Source: Terriglobia bacterium (GTDB taxonomy: Bacteria > Acidobacteriota > Terriglobia > 20CM-2-55-15). From it: a stretch of 64,000 nucleotides of DNA. The translations under genes and the position numbers were made by a program. Shown piece by piece: positions 1 to 9,882 of the stretch (positions are counted from its first letter, which is position 1; every line of letters starts with the position of its first letter). The DNA lies in assembly GCA_965198225.1 (NCBI GenBank), contig CBDAOY010000007.1:96001-160000 (forward strand), given 5' to 3'. The notes under the pieces were generated by a model. That model made no database searches, had not been told where the DNA came from, and saw only the letters and a program-made list of their open reading frames with translations.

Positions 1-548
1 TAGTCGCCGAATGAGCAATTCGTGCTCCACCCGGAATTACCGGTGGCTGCCGTCCCGGTGACATCTATGAACGATCCTTCGCCGTCATTTCGGTAGAGGA
101 CGTTCGGGCCGAACGCCGTGATGTAGACGTCCCGGAATCCATCGTTGTCGTAATCGGCTACACAGACTCCCATTCCCCACCCCTTCGTGTTTAGTTGGCT
201 CCTCGAGGTGAGGTCCGAAAATTTGCCGTGACCGTCGTTGTTGTAGAGGGCGGCCATGAGATCGCCTCCCTGCCCGATCCGCTCGAGCGTCGAGCCGTTG
301 ACGATCAGAACGTCCATATCGCCGTCGTTATCGTAGTCAAAAAAGGCTGCCCCGTTTCCGCTCACCTCGACGATGTAGTCCTTACGGGCGGTTCCGGAGA
401 CATTCAAGAGGGTCAAGCCCGCCTCTTGCGCTACATCGACGAATCGCGGCAAGGGATCGGTCTGAGCCGCGCCAAGCGAAGCCGCGAAACCACAACATAG
501 CGCCCAAACCACATACGGCTTCATTCTCCTGCGCACTGCTCGTTTCAT
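1..548 (-). CDS. CRTAC1-family FG-GAP repeat protein, N-terminal part (runs off window start)
   Basis: Not in the ORF track; manual translation gives MKRAVRRRMKPYVVWALCCGFAASLGAAQ...GNGAAFFDYDNDGDMDVLIVNG...GWGMGVCVADYDNDGFRDVYIT, paralogous to 35895..37589. Alternative start at 524. Confidence 0.85.
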   Translation of the reverse strand, partial: MKRAVRRRMKPYVVWALCCGFAASLGAAQTDPLPRFVDVAQEAGLTLLNVSGTARKDYIVEVSGNGAAFFDYDNDGDMDVLIVNGSTLERIGQGGDLMAALYNNDGHGKFSDLTSRSQLNTKGWGMGVCVADYDNDGFRDVYITAFGPNVLYRNDGEGSFIDVTGTAATGNSGWSTNCSFGD

Positions 549-818
549 TGCTAGCCTTTCAGCTTGGCGTCTCAGGTAGCCAATGGGACTCACCGCTTCT
601 CTTTGAAACAGCGCATGGGAGGAGCGGGTTTAGCGAAGATCACTCTGTCGCACCTCCTCACTCTAATTGCTTCGTGTCGATTCAGGTTAAGAAAAAGGGA
701 GATCTTTCCTAGTCTTCCTGGAAACCGTGGAAGTAGGCAAAGTGGTGCTGTTGAAAGAACCAATCGAGAGGGGCCGAAGATTCGCGCTCCCTGATGCCGG
801 GGAATCTCAGGCGAATGG

Positions 819-850
819 CGCGGATGGCGCGCGGCTGCGCGCCATCCGCG
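819..850 (-). terminator. GC-rich hairpin just downstream of TBDR-1
   Basis: CGCGGATGGCGCGC-GGCT-GCGCGCCATCCGCG, perfect 14-bp stem about 10 nt after the stop; weak U-tract. Confidence 0.55.
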
Positions 851-859
851 GAAGGGGGG

Positions 860-3800
860 TTAGTAGTAGTACTTTATGCCGAACTGGATCTGCCGCGCTT
901 GGTGGGTCTGTGTGCTTCGACCGAACGCACTCGAGTTGACCCTGCTGTTGGGAACGAAGAAGTGCGCCTGGTTGAACGCATTGAAGAACTCCGCGCGGAA
1001 CTCCACGCGGTGGTTGTCTCCAATCAGCGTGTTCTTCGTCAGCGTCAGATCCCAGTTGACGAATCCCGGGGCTTTCAGGACGTTCCATCCGGAATTCCCG
1101 TTGGTGCCGTCCGCTGGCCTGGTGAAACACGATGTGTCGAACCATCGGTCCGCACTGCGCTGGCCTCGGGGAAGGACGCCGTCGCAAATCCGGTTTGGAC
1201 GTGTCGTGGATTGGCCGACGTTGGCGATATCTCCACCCCAACCGGGTGTAAAGGATTGCCCGGTCGAGAACGTGGCGATGCCCGCCACCTGCCATCCACC
1301 GAGCAGCCCATTAGCGACTCCCGAAGGGTTGGACAGGTAAGGCTTGCCCGCACCCCACGGCAGCTCGTAGGAGAAGCTGTTGACCTGCCGGTGGCGGATA
1401 TCGAAGCTCTGTTGAGCCTTTTCGAGGTGCGCGTTGTCGGGGTCTCGAGTGTCGCGGTCGCGATTGCAGCACCCGATCGCATGGGACCACGTCCAGGCGG
1501 AAACGAACGCCAGGCCCGACGAGAACCGGCGCTCCAGTTTGGTCTGCAACGAGTGGTAGGTCGAAAGACCTACCCGTTCCGTCTGGGTGATGTTGCCAAA
1601 CTCCGGAATGGGTCGGCGCGAGCTGATCGAACCGGAGCCCAGACGCGCCTGGTTGACATTGCGGCCGCGGCCGTCCAGCTTGGTCCCCTTCGTGCCGACG
1701 TAGGCGACCTCGAGCACCATGTTGCCGCCCAGCGGCCGCTGGATGCTCAGTTGCCACTGCTGCAGGTAGCCGTCGGCCTGGTCGACATCGGCCGCGCGGG
1801 CCACAATCGAGCCGCTCGCCAGAGCTGCCGGGAACGCCGTGTTGATGGGGTCCCTCAAGCTGAGAACCGGCGCTCCTGGAGGCGCATTGAAGGTCTGGGG
1901 AAGGTTCCAGGGATATGCGCGATCACGATTCGAATGGTTCTCGGCGGCGATTTCCGGCTCGGTGAAGATGCCATAACCGCCGCGTAAGACGAGGTTCAGC
2001 GCTTCCGGAGACCAGGCGAAACCGATCCGGGGCGCGAAGTTGTTCAGGTCGTTCTCATAGAGCCCCTCGGGAATCCCGAACTGGGCTCCGCCTTCGATGG
2101 TAATGGCGTTCGGTTCGCCCGTGATCGGGTCGCGGAACTGCCTCGGGCCCTCTTCCCCACCGATCACGATCTGCCGGGTCGGGATGTGGAACACCGCCAG
2201 ACCGGCGCCCTCGTCCTTCAGCACGTTGATCGAGCGGGTCTGCATCTCCCAACGCATTCCCAGGTTGAGCGTCAGGTTGGGAGCCACCTTCCAGTCGTCC
2301 TGGATGAACCCCGCGTAGGAGCGGCTGCGATTCTGGTCGTACGGATCCCCGACCACCCGCTGAGTTCGATTTGGAAAACCCATCAACACGTCGCCGAACG
2401 AGTGGCCCGTGTACCGGCCGTCAAACCGGAAATTGCCGTTCGGGCTACTGTCGATGAAGATGTTCAGCATGTACGTGCGCGCTTCGCCACCGATCTTCAG
2501 CTGGTGATTGCCGCGCGTGATTGAAAGCATGTCGGCCATGTGCCAGGTGTTGTCGAAACGCAGTTGCGCGCTGAAACTGACCCCGCCGACCGGGGCGTAC
2601 CCCGTCACGCTCATTCTCGGCCAGCCGAATCTCCTGTCGTCGGGACGGAACGAGCTCTGCACGCCGGTGACTCCCAGGGTCTTCGCGTGGTCGGTCCCGT
2701 AGAGTTCGGAGTAGATACCGCCGATCAGGCGGTTGAACCCGATTCGGGCTTCATTCACCACGGTCGGTCCGAACACGTAGGTGTCGCTCAGCGCAAAGTT
2801 GCGGCCGATCGGCTGAAAGAACGTGTTGCCGCCCCCGGGCAGGGCCCCGCGATCGAAGTTCGTCTGGATCTCGAAGGTTTCCTGCCATGTGCCGCGGTGA
2901 AAAATGCTGTGGTTGTCCGAAAAGCGATAGTCCCACTTATAGGTATACAGGTCAAAATCGGTCTGCCTTACCGAACTGGCCTCATAGTTCTGGCTACCCG
3001 CACGGTTCGGCATGGGATAGAACCCCGCCACGGCGTTTGAAATCGAGTCGATCCGATCCGCCGGAATGATGTTTCCGGGGAACGGCAGACCGGTGAGCGG
3101 ATCCGTCAACGCATCGAATCCACGCCTGAAGCTAGATTGGGAAAAGTCCCCGGCCCGTTCCGCTGCAGTGGGTACCACACGCAACGCGGTTTCCGTGCTC
3201 CGGATCCGGTTTCCCTCGTAGTTGAACATGAAGAACATCTTGTCCTTGATGATCGGGCCGCTCACGACCGTGCCGAACTGGTTGCGCTTGAAAGGCTTCT
3301 TACCCGAGGCAAAGAAATTCCGCGCGTCGAAACGGTCGTTGCGGACGAACTCGAACAACACCAGATGGAAGTCGTTGGTTCCGGATTTCGTCTGAACGTT
3401 CAACACTCCACCGCTGGCCCGGCCCAGCTCGGCGCCGTAGGTGCTGGTGGAGAGCTTGAACTCCTGGATGGCGTCTATAGACGGGATGATCACCAGCTGG
3501 GCATTGCCCGTGTCGTTGTTGTCGACACCGTCCAGCAAGAAATCGTTCTTGGAGCGGCTCACGCCGTTGGCGTAGAAGGACGGAGACTGGCGAGAGCCGC
3601 CCTGCACATCCGGCAGCACGCCGGTGGTCAGATGGGTGAGGCTCATGAAATGGCGCTGGTTGAGCGGCATATCGCTGATCGCCTTGCCGCCGATCACCTG
3701 GCCCAACACCGCCGTGTCGCTCTCGACCAGCGGGGCCTCGGCTGTCACCTCCACGACTTCGGTCACCTGCCCAACTTGCATGACGAAGTCCACACGGATC

Positions 3801-3925
3801 ACCGCCTCCACAGCCAACGTGATGCCGGATCGGACCTCCCGCCGGAAGCCCGGCAATGACGCTTCCACCTCATAACCGGCTGCCGGTGGCAGCGCCGCCA
3901 CGATGTAGGTGCCGGTCTCGTTCGG
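860..3925 (-). pseudogene. TonB-dependent transporter (TBDR-1, Oar-like), 5'-truncated: no signal peptide or start of N-terminal domain
   Basis: Plug motifs LLDGVDNND, IDAIQEFK, FKRNQFG, NNFAPRIGFAW and C-terminus RQIQFGIKYYY. Homology to the other three TBDRs begins abruptly at NETGTY (~3922); the upstream part of ORF 860..4177 is an alternative frame of the TPR gene. Confidence 0.8.
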
Positions 3926-4841
3926 GATTCTCTTCGAGATAGGCATCGAGCTGCTCGATGGCTCGGTCGGGCTTCTGCTGTTGGACATAGACGTTGGCCA
4001 GCATGAGACGCGTCGTGGATGCCGGGTCGAGTTCGAGGGCTCGGATGAGGGCACTTTCAGCTTCGTCCAGCTGCGCCAGCTTGTACAACGCATACCCCAG
4101 GTAGTAGTGCGCGGCGGGCGAGCGCGGTTCGAGTCGTGCGGCTTCGCGCAGAACCACCTGAGCCGGCTCGAAATCACTCTGTTCCAGCCAGAGGCTCCCG
4201 ATGTTGATCAACGGTTGCGCCGCGTTCCGGTTCAGTTCATGGGCTCGCCTGAATTCGGCTTCGGCGTCCTCGAAACGGCCCGACTTCTGGTACTGAACCC
4301 CAAGGTTGTTCCGCGCCTCGTAGAAATCCGGCGCGATACGAAGAGCCTTCTCCAGCCTCTCGATGGCACGTTTCGTATCTCCCTTCGCGCTGTCTCTGAG
4401 CGACTTCTCATGTTCCTCCACGGCTTCTTCAGGATGCCGCATGGCCAGTGTCTCGACATCCACGCGATCCGGGTCCGCAGACCCGCCCCCTGTCGCGACG
4501 ACCTCGGGTATTTCGTGGAGGACGACGTCGACCCACATCTGACCCGTGACCCACACATGCTGTTTCACTTCGCGGAAACCCTCGATGTTTACATGGATGA
4601 AGGAACGTCCCCCACGGACGTTCCTGAAGATGAAGTTGCCGAAATCCAGCGTGCGCGTCGTCTGGATCGGGGTCCCATTCAAGGTCTGCAGATCGATGAG
4701 AAACTGCTGATCCGGCGCAATGCCCGACCCGAACGAAATCTTGCCTGCGACCTCCACCCCTGCCCCCTGGTGCAGAGCGGCCGCCGACGTCTGCACCACC
4801 ACGAGGAAGAGGGAGAGGAGACACATTATGGTCCGAGACAT
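3870..4841 (-). CDS. Exported TPR protein with N-terminal carboxypeptidase-regulatory-like beta domain; aberrant C-terminus
   Basis: Signal peptide; TPR motifs (APDFYEARNNLG, PLINIG, AHYYLG); close paralog of 6129..7109 up to AYLEENP, then reads into TBDR sequence out of frame. Confidence 0.8.
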   Translation of the reverse strand: MSRTIMCLLSLFLVVVQTSAAALHQGAGVEVAGKISFGSGIAPDQQFLIDLQTLNGTPIQTTRTLDFGNFIFRNVRGGRSFIHVNIEGFREVKQHVWVTGQMWVDVVLHEIPEVVATGGGSADPDRVDVETLAMRHPEEAVEEHEKSLRDSAKGDTKRAIERLEKALRIAPDFYEARNNLGVQYQKSGRFEDAEAEFRRAHELNRNAAQPLINIGSLWLEQSDFEPAQVVLREAARLEPRSPAAHYYLGYALYKLAQLDEAESALIRALELDPASTTRLMLANVYVQQQKPDRAIEQLDAYLEENPERDRHLHRGGAATGSRL

Positions 4842-4993
4842 TTTCTTATTCCTCTTGTTCTTCGGTCATCGACACCGCACCGCCCGGTGCTGCCGGACCA
4901 GGAATTGGTAGTTTCCGCGTTCGCGCGAAAAGCAGCGAGCTTCTTTGCAGGATCGCAAGACCACATCACGACGGTTCGAAAGTATTGTGGCTA

Positions 4994-5026
4994 TGCCAAA
5001 TGTCTGAGTGCCAAATGTCTGAGTGC
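4994..5026. repeat. 15-bp direct tandem repeat TGCCAAATGTCTGAG x2 (+TGC)
   Basis: Read directly in the intergenic region upstream of the TPR gene. Confidence 0.9.
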
Positions 5027-5108
5027 AATACTGCATCCCTCGCCCAGCCTATTACAAGTGTTACCGTGCTCCAGGGTCGACAGGCAGAACGATTTGCCTT
5101 TCCATCGC

Positions 5109-6101
5109 CTAGGGCTGAATCAGCCGCTTGAACCCCGCATCCTCTCTGATCCCGTCAAAATCCGGATGTCTCGCAGCCAGCTCACGCCAGCCCGGAAACT
5201 TCGCGATCGCCTGTTCGAGGGATTCCACTGAGTTTGCCGCGTCCCCCGAGCGTGCGTACAGCCGTGCCAGTCCGTAGATGTACTGATCGTCATCCGGCTT
5301 GAGCGCGATGGCGTCCTTCTGAGCCTGGATGGCTTCGGGAAACTTGCCCTCGCCCGCGAGTTGGCGCGACAGCCTGGAGTGGTTGCCGGCCATCGAGATG
5401 TCGAGCAGGCGCCGCAGTTCGGCGAACGGGTCGGGGCTGTCATCCACACGGATGTCCACCCAACGGTCGGTCGTCCGGGACGGATCGTCGATCGGCTTGA
5501 CGACGAGGATCCCTCCGGACTGCATGCCTCGCGCGTCGCCTCCGGCTGCCTGACCGGCCTCGAGTGCGACCATCAGACGCTCGGCCAGTTGCCCCTGGGC
5601 GGACTCGAATGCCCGTGCCATTTCCCGGACCACCGCCTCGCCGGCAAGGATGTTGCCCTGAGCCGAAAAGTTGTCGCCTTCGATGTGTCCGGCCCAGTCG
5701 CTGCAGTCTTCACCCGTGTAGGCCTGGACCCTGCCCTCGGCATCGATGATCGCAAGCTGGCGCCGACTCCGGCCCGGGTCGGTGGAGGTCAGTTGGTCCA
5801 CCACCTGTTCGGGCGAAAGCCCCTGCTCGAGTAATCGGAGGCCTTCCGGACCGTAGGTCTGATTTGCGGCCGCCTGTGTCGCGACCGCTCCGACTCCGGC
5901 GCGGGCGTAGGAGACGATCGCACCGGCCCGAAACGCCCGGGACTGCACGGCTACGCCGAGTTCCCCGGTGGCTGGATCCCGCGCGACGATCGAAAACGTG
6001 GCGATGATCTCATCGCCGTTGGCCTCTTCGTAGCGCTGGCGGGCCGAGAGCGGTGTTGTCAGCAGCGCGCATAAGACGACCGACAGACAGATTCGCTTCA
6101 T
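5109..6101 (-). CDS. Exported DUF1028 (Ntn-hydrolase superfamily) protein with C-terminal TPR; canonical Thr type
   Basis: Signal peptide, then TFSIVARDPATGELGVAVQS, GAVATQA, QGNILAG, GGDARGMQS, DIRVDDSPDP; TPR-like tail. Confidence 0.85.
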   Translation of the reverse strand: MKRICLSVVLCALLTTPLSARQRYEEANGDEIIATFSIVARDPATGELGVAVQSRAFRAGAIVSYARAGVGAVATQAAANQTYGPEGLRLLEQGLSPEQVVDQLTSTDPGRSRRQLAIIDAEGRVQAYTGEDCSDWAGHIEGDNFSAQGNILAGEAVVREMARAFESAQGQLAERLMVALEAGQAAGGDARGMQSGGILVVKPIDDPSRTTDRWVDIRVDDSPDPFAELRRLLDISMAGNHSRLSRQLAGEGKFPEAIQAQKDAIALKPDDDQYIYGLARLYARSGDAANSVESLEQAIAKFPGWRELAARHPDFDGIREDAGFKRLIQP

Positions 6102-6128
6102 TCTCTTCTCCTTGCGCTTCCACGCTGC

Positions 6129-7109
6129 TCACCGGCCCCCCGGGCCCAGTTCCTTCACCATCCGGGACCGCAGGCCTTCGACAGCCTCCCGGTCCGCCCC
6201 GTCGGGGTTTTCTTCCAAGTAGGCGTCGGCCTGGGCGAGGACCTGTGCGTGATTTTCCTGCTGCAGGTAGACGTTGATGAGCATGAGTCGGATTCCCGGC
6301 GACGGATCAATCTCAATGGCCTGAGAAAGGCAGCTTGCGGCCTCGTCGAACTGCGACAGCTTGTAGAGCGCAGAACCCAGGTAGTAGAGCGCGGACGGCG
6401 AGCGCGGATCCAGGCGCACGGCTTCTCGCAGGACGACCTCAGCGGGTCGAAAATCTTCCTGCGCGAGCCAGAGGCTGCCGATGTTTATCAGAGGCTGCGC
6501 CGCATTTCGGTTGAGTTCGTGGGCCTGCCTGAACTGGGCTTCGGCTTCTTCATAACGTTCCAGTTTCTGGTACTCGATTCCGAGGTTGTTCCTTGCCTGG
6601 TAGAAGTCCGGCGCAAGATCGAGCGCCTTCTCCAACCTCTCGATGGCGCTCTCGGTGTCTCCCTTCCGGACGTCTTCAAGGGACTTCTCGTACTCGGCGA
6701 CGGCTTCTTCGGGATACTTCCTGGCCAGCGTCGCGACATCGACGACCTCCGGGCCTCCGGCGACGGCCACGTCCTCGGAGGAACCTTCTTCGCTAAGTAC
6801 GATGTCGACGTAGGTCCGGCCCGTGACCCAGACCATCTCCCGATGCTCCACAAAGCCATCGATGTCGACGTGAATGTAGTAGATCCCGCTGGCGATGTTC
6901 GCGAATCGGAAGTTGCCGCCTTCCAGCGTTCTCGTCGTTTGAATCACGATTCCCGCTTCGGACTCCAGATCCAGAAGAAACTGCTCGTCGGGCGGCATGC
7001 GGGATCCAAAACTGAGCTTGCCTTCGACGATGAGGGTTCCCTGCGTCAGGCTCGCCGCCTCCATCACGATGAAGAAAACGCAAACAAATCCAATGGTGAA
7101 TCGGGACAT
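6129..7109 (-). CDS. Exported TPR protein with N-terminal beta domain (paralog of 3870..4841 and 21460..22524)
   Basis: ATG at 7109 after GAGGA RBS; signal peptide MSRFTIGFVCVFF; TPR repeats. Confidence 0.85.
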   Translation of the reverse strand: MSRFTIGFVCVFFIVMEAASLTQGTLIVEGKLSFGSRMPPDEQFLLDLESEAGIVIQTTRTLEGGNFRFANIASGIYYIHVDIDGFVEHREMVWVTGRTYVDIVLSEEGSSEDVAVAGGPEVVDVATLARKYPEEAVAEYEKSLEDVRKGDTESAIERLEKALDLAPDFYQARNNLGIEYQKLERYEEAEAQFRQAHELNRNAAQPLINIGSLWLAQEDFRPAEVVLREAVRLDPRSPSALYYLGSALYKLSQFDEAASCLSQAIEIDPSPGIRLMLINVYLQQENHAQVLAQADAYLEENPDGADREAVEGLRSRMVKELGPGGR

Positions 7110-7143
7110 TACCTGGTCCTCTTGTTCCTCGGTGTTTGCACGC

Positions 7144-9648
7144 TCAATGTTCGGCAAGGTCCGCGTAGACCTCGCGGGCCCGGTGCCAGACCGACAGTAC
7201 CTCACTTTTCTGTTCCGGGGTATCGAACCGATCGTTGCCTTCGATCAATTCGATAGAGCGATCGATCCAACCCAGGAAGTACCGGGCGTCTTCGGGTGAA
7301 CGCGCCGAGCGGCCGCCCTTGGAGAGGTAGACCGGGCTCGTGTGCGCGTAAACGTAACTGTCCATCAGGAGATGCTGGCGTTCCGGTCCGGTGATGCGCA
7401 CCCCCACCCAGCCGCTTTCGGATATCGGGATCTCGACGTCGAGCGCCACGGTGGAGGGGCTTTCTGCGCGAACCGAATGCACGACGGCCCCGTTGACGAG
7501 GACGTCGAGAGTTTCCATCGGAAGGATCGATCGGGCTTCAGCTTGCACGCGCACAGAACTGTTCCCGGCATCGGCAAGCTGGAGTTCGCTGCCCGCTTCG
7601 CGTCCGTCTACCCGGAAGGTGACCAGCGGCCCGTTGGTCACGAAGGTCTTTCCGCTCGTGAGGCCCCGAATCCAGTCGCCGTAGCGCAGCGGCGTCCCGG
7701 TCTGGACGTAGACGCGAACCGTCCCGATTGCGGGAGCCCTCCAGTAGTCGGTCATCGCGTCGGTGCCTGCCGACGCCGGTATCTTGAAGCCCAGGTTCAG
7801 CAGACGGTACCAGACCTCTGCGCCGACGTATTCGTCGCTCCAGATACAGGCGACGTCGAAGTAGTCCACGTTTCCGAGAGCCGCATTGACGGGGAACTCC
7901 CGCGCCCCGCCGTAGTCGTAACTGGCGGGATCCTCGCCACGGGCATACAGGTACGGGTGAACGTAGCCGCCCACGCCCCCTTGCTCGTGTACTGCGTCCA
8001 GTACGTGAGAGTTCGTCGGATAGAGAGCGGACTGGGCCGTATTCGTCGACGCATGCAGCGGGTAGACGAGCGATTGCAGGTTCAGCAGGGCCATGTGGCC
8101 CGTAAAGCTCGGTCGGTATTCCTGGTTGAAGTAAATCAGACGGCGGTCCCTGGAGAGATCGTGCAGTTTGCCCTCGAAGTACTTCATGTCGTAGATGCGT
8201 CCGCCGGAACGATTGGCGATCAGGTTGTTGACGACGTTCAAATCCTCCGCTTCGGCCTCGAGCCACACCGATTCGGGCGTGGCGTCATAGATGCCTCCGT
8301 AGTTGAGGTGAATGTGGTTGTCGCCGGAGTGCCAACCCTGTGCAGCCATATCGGTCAATCTTTCGAGGGAAAACTCGATCCGGTGGTTTTCACCACCGAC
8401 GATGTCCAGCTCCATCTTCTGCGGCTCGTACTCGAAGCCCTTCGCGACCTCGACAGAGGTCCTTCCCTCGGGAAGATCGATCTCGAACCGGCCCGACGTG
8501 TGGAAGTAGTGACTGTCGGTGACGACCGAGTGCCGATGGAACGCGCCCCGAGGGGTGTAGGGTTTTCCGTCTGAAGCAGTCACATACACGCGCGCCGCGG
8601 TCGGCTCGCCGTCGGCGGAGTCATTGACGATGACCTCGAGTGTGCCGACGGGCTGCCGGTGATCCAGGCTCGTGATCCGAACTTCGGTGGGTGGTCCACC
8701 GACGGCCGGCACCCTCCACAGCGTGAATTTACCGCCCGCGTTGGATATGAAGGCAAGTGTGCTGCTGTCGGGCGACCATGCGGGGGTGAACACTTCGTTG
8801 TCGAAATGCGTCAGCTGGATCGGGTTTGCCGCCTCCGGTGAGAGGAGCCACAACTCGTGGTGGCCGGTGCGGTAGGAGACGTAGGCGATCTTTGCTCCGT
8901 TGGGTGACCAGGTCGGCCGGGCCTGCCAGCTCGTTTCTTCCTGGAGCAGGATGGTCGGCTCCATGCCGCGCCGGATCTGCCAGATCCCTCCCGTGCCGAC
9001 GATGGGCCGCCCGTTGAACGAACGGTTGCTCACGAAGACAGCCCGTTCGCCGTCGGGCGCCCACGCGGGCGTGATGTTCTGATGCTCATCGACGACAAAG
9101 GGTTCCGCTTGCGGGTCGCCCGGCCGGATCGCCCAGATGCCGAACAGTTTTCCCCTTTCGGATGACGCGGTGTAAAGAACCTCGCCCCCGTCCGGCGACC
9201 AGCGGGGGTTGACGTTGAGGCCGCCCGTTGCGGTCAGTTGACGTGAATCACTCCCGTCGCTCCCGACCGACCAGATTTCGATCGAGCGCCCGTCGTCGCG
9301 CGTAAAGACGATTCGGTTGCCGTCCGGCGACCATTCCGGTTCGGAATCGAAATGCACGCTCGACGTGACCTGAACCGCTTCTCCTCCCGAGGCCGGAACC
9401 TGCCACAGGCTTCCCTGCATCGCGAACGCGATCCTCTCCCCATCGGGAGACCACGCCGGCGCCCATGGCCCCGTCGTCACCGGGGGCAGGTACAGGCTCT
9501 CCATGTACATCTGCGCTCCCCCCGTCGAGCCGAATATCGCGAGGTAAGCCGCAGGCAACTGCGGCAGGTGCGCAAACAACGGAACGGAGACCAATGCCAC
9601 GAGCATCGCTCCGATCAGGTACCGCCTGACCGGGTTCGCCTTCTTCAT
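7144..9648 (-). CDS. Exported PD40-repeat (TolB-like propeller) + CehA/McbA-like PHP metallohydrolase
   Basis: Repeated P.WSPDG motifs; C-terminal GDNHIH, QEYR, GHM, YVHP, SAGTDA, AHTSPVY motifs; start set at ATG 9648. Confidence 0.8.
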   Translation of the reverse strand: MKKANPVRRYLIGAMLVALVSVPLFAHLPQLPAAYLAIFGSTGGAQMYMESLYLPPVTTGPWAPAWSPDGERIAFAMQGSLWQVPASGGEAVQVTSSVHFDSEPEWSPDGNRIVFTRDDGRSIEIWSVGSDGSDSRQLTATGGLNVNPRWSPDGGEVLYTASSERGKLFGIWAIRPGDPQAEPFVVDEHQNITPAWAPDGERAVFVSNRSFNGRPIVGTGGIWQIRRGMEPTILLQEETSWQARPTWSPNGAKIAYVSYRTGHHELWLLSPEAANPIQLTHFDNEVFTPAWSPDSSTLAFISNAGGKFTLWRVPAVGGPPTEVRITSLDHRQPVGTLEVIVNDSADGEPTAARVYVTASDGKPYTPRGAFHRHSVVTDSHYFHTSGRFEIDLPEGRTSVEVAKGFEYEPQKMELDIVGGENHRIEFSLERLTDMAAQGWHSGDNHIHLNYGGIYDATPESVWLEAEAEDLNVVNNLIANRSGGRIYDMKYFEGKLHDLSRDRRLIYFNQEYRPSFTGHMALLNLQSLVYPLHASTNTAQSALYPTNSHVLDAVHEQGGVGGYVHPYLYARGEDPASYDYGGAREFPVNAALGNVDYFDVACIWSDEYVGAEVWYRLLNLGFKIPASAGTDAMTDYWRAPAIGTVRVYVQTGTPLRYGDWIRGLTSGKTFVTNGPLVTFRVDGREAGSELQLADAGNSSVRVQAEARSILPMETLDVLVNGAVVHSVRAESPSTVALDVEIPISESGWVGVRITGPERQHLLMDSYVYAHTSPVYLSKGGRSARSPEDARYFLGWIDRSIELIEGNDRFDTPEQKSEVLSVWHRAREVYADLAEH

Positions 9649-9670
9649 CGTTTCCCCTCTCACAGCAGGT

Positions 9671-9850
9671 GTAGGTGCGGTCTATGACCGGAACCATTCA
9701 TTAGCGTCGGGCCCACCGTCCCCCTCCCGACGAAACTTGAGCGTTCAAGTACCCATCGCAGTGCGCGCCTGTATGGAGAAAGACAGCTGGTCCGGTCCCC
9801 CCCACGCCTCCCTCCAGCCGGAACCGTGTGCGCTCATAGAGCGCACCTAC
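9671..9850. repeat. GTAG-family REP doublet (REPIN-like), copy 1, long spacer
   Basis: GTAGGTGCGGTCTATGACCG at 9671-9690 (3' end degenerate) and inverted GTGCGCTCATAGAGCGCACCTAC at 9828-9850. Confidence 0.85.
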
Positions 9851-9882
9851 ACTCCACCCAACGGCCTACGGATAACGGCCTA

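Noticed and set aside
3926-4177. N-terminal 85 aa of ORF 860..4177
   Set aside because: Alternative frame of the TPR gene; no signal peptide or TBDR similarity.
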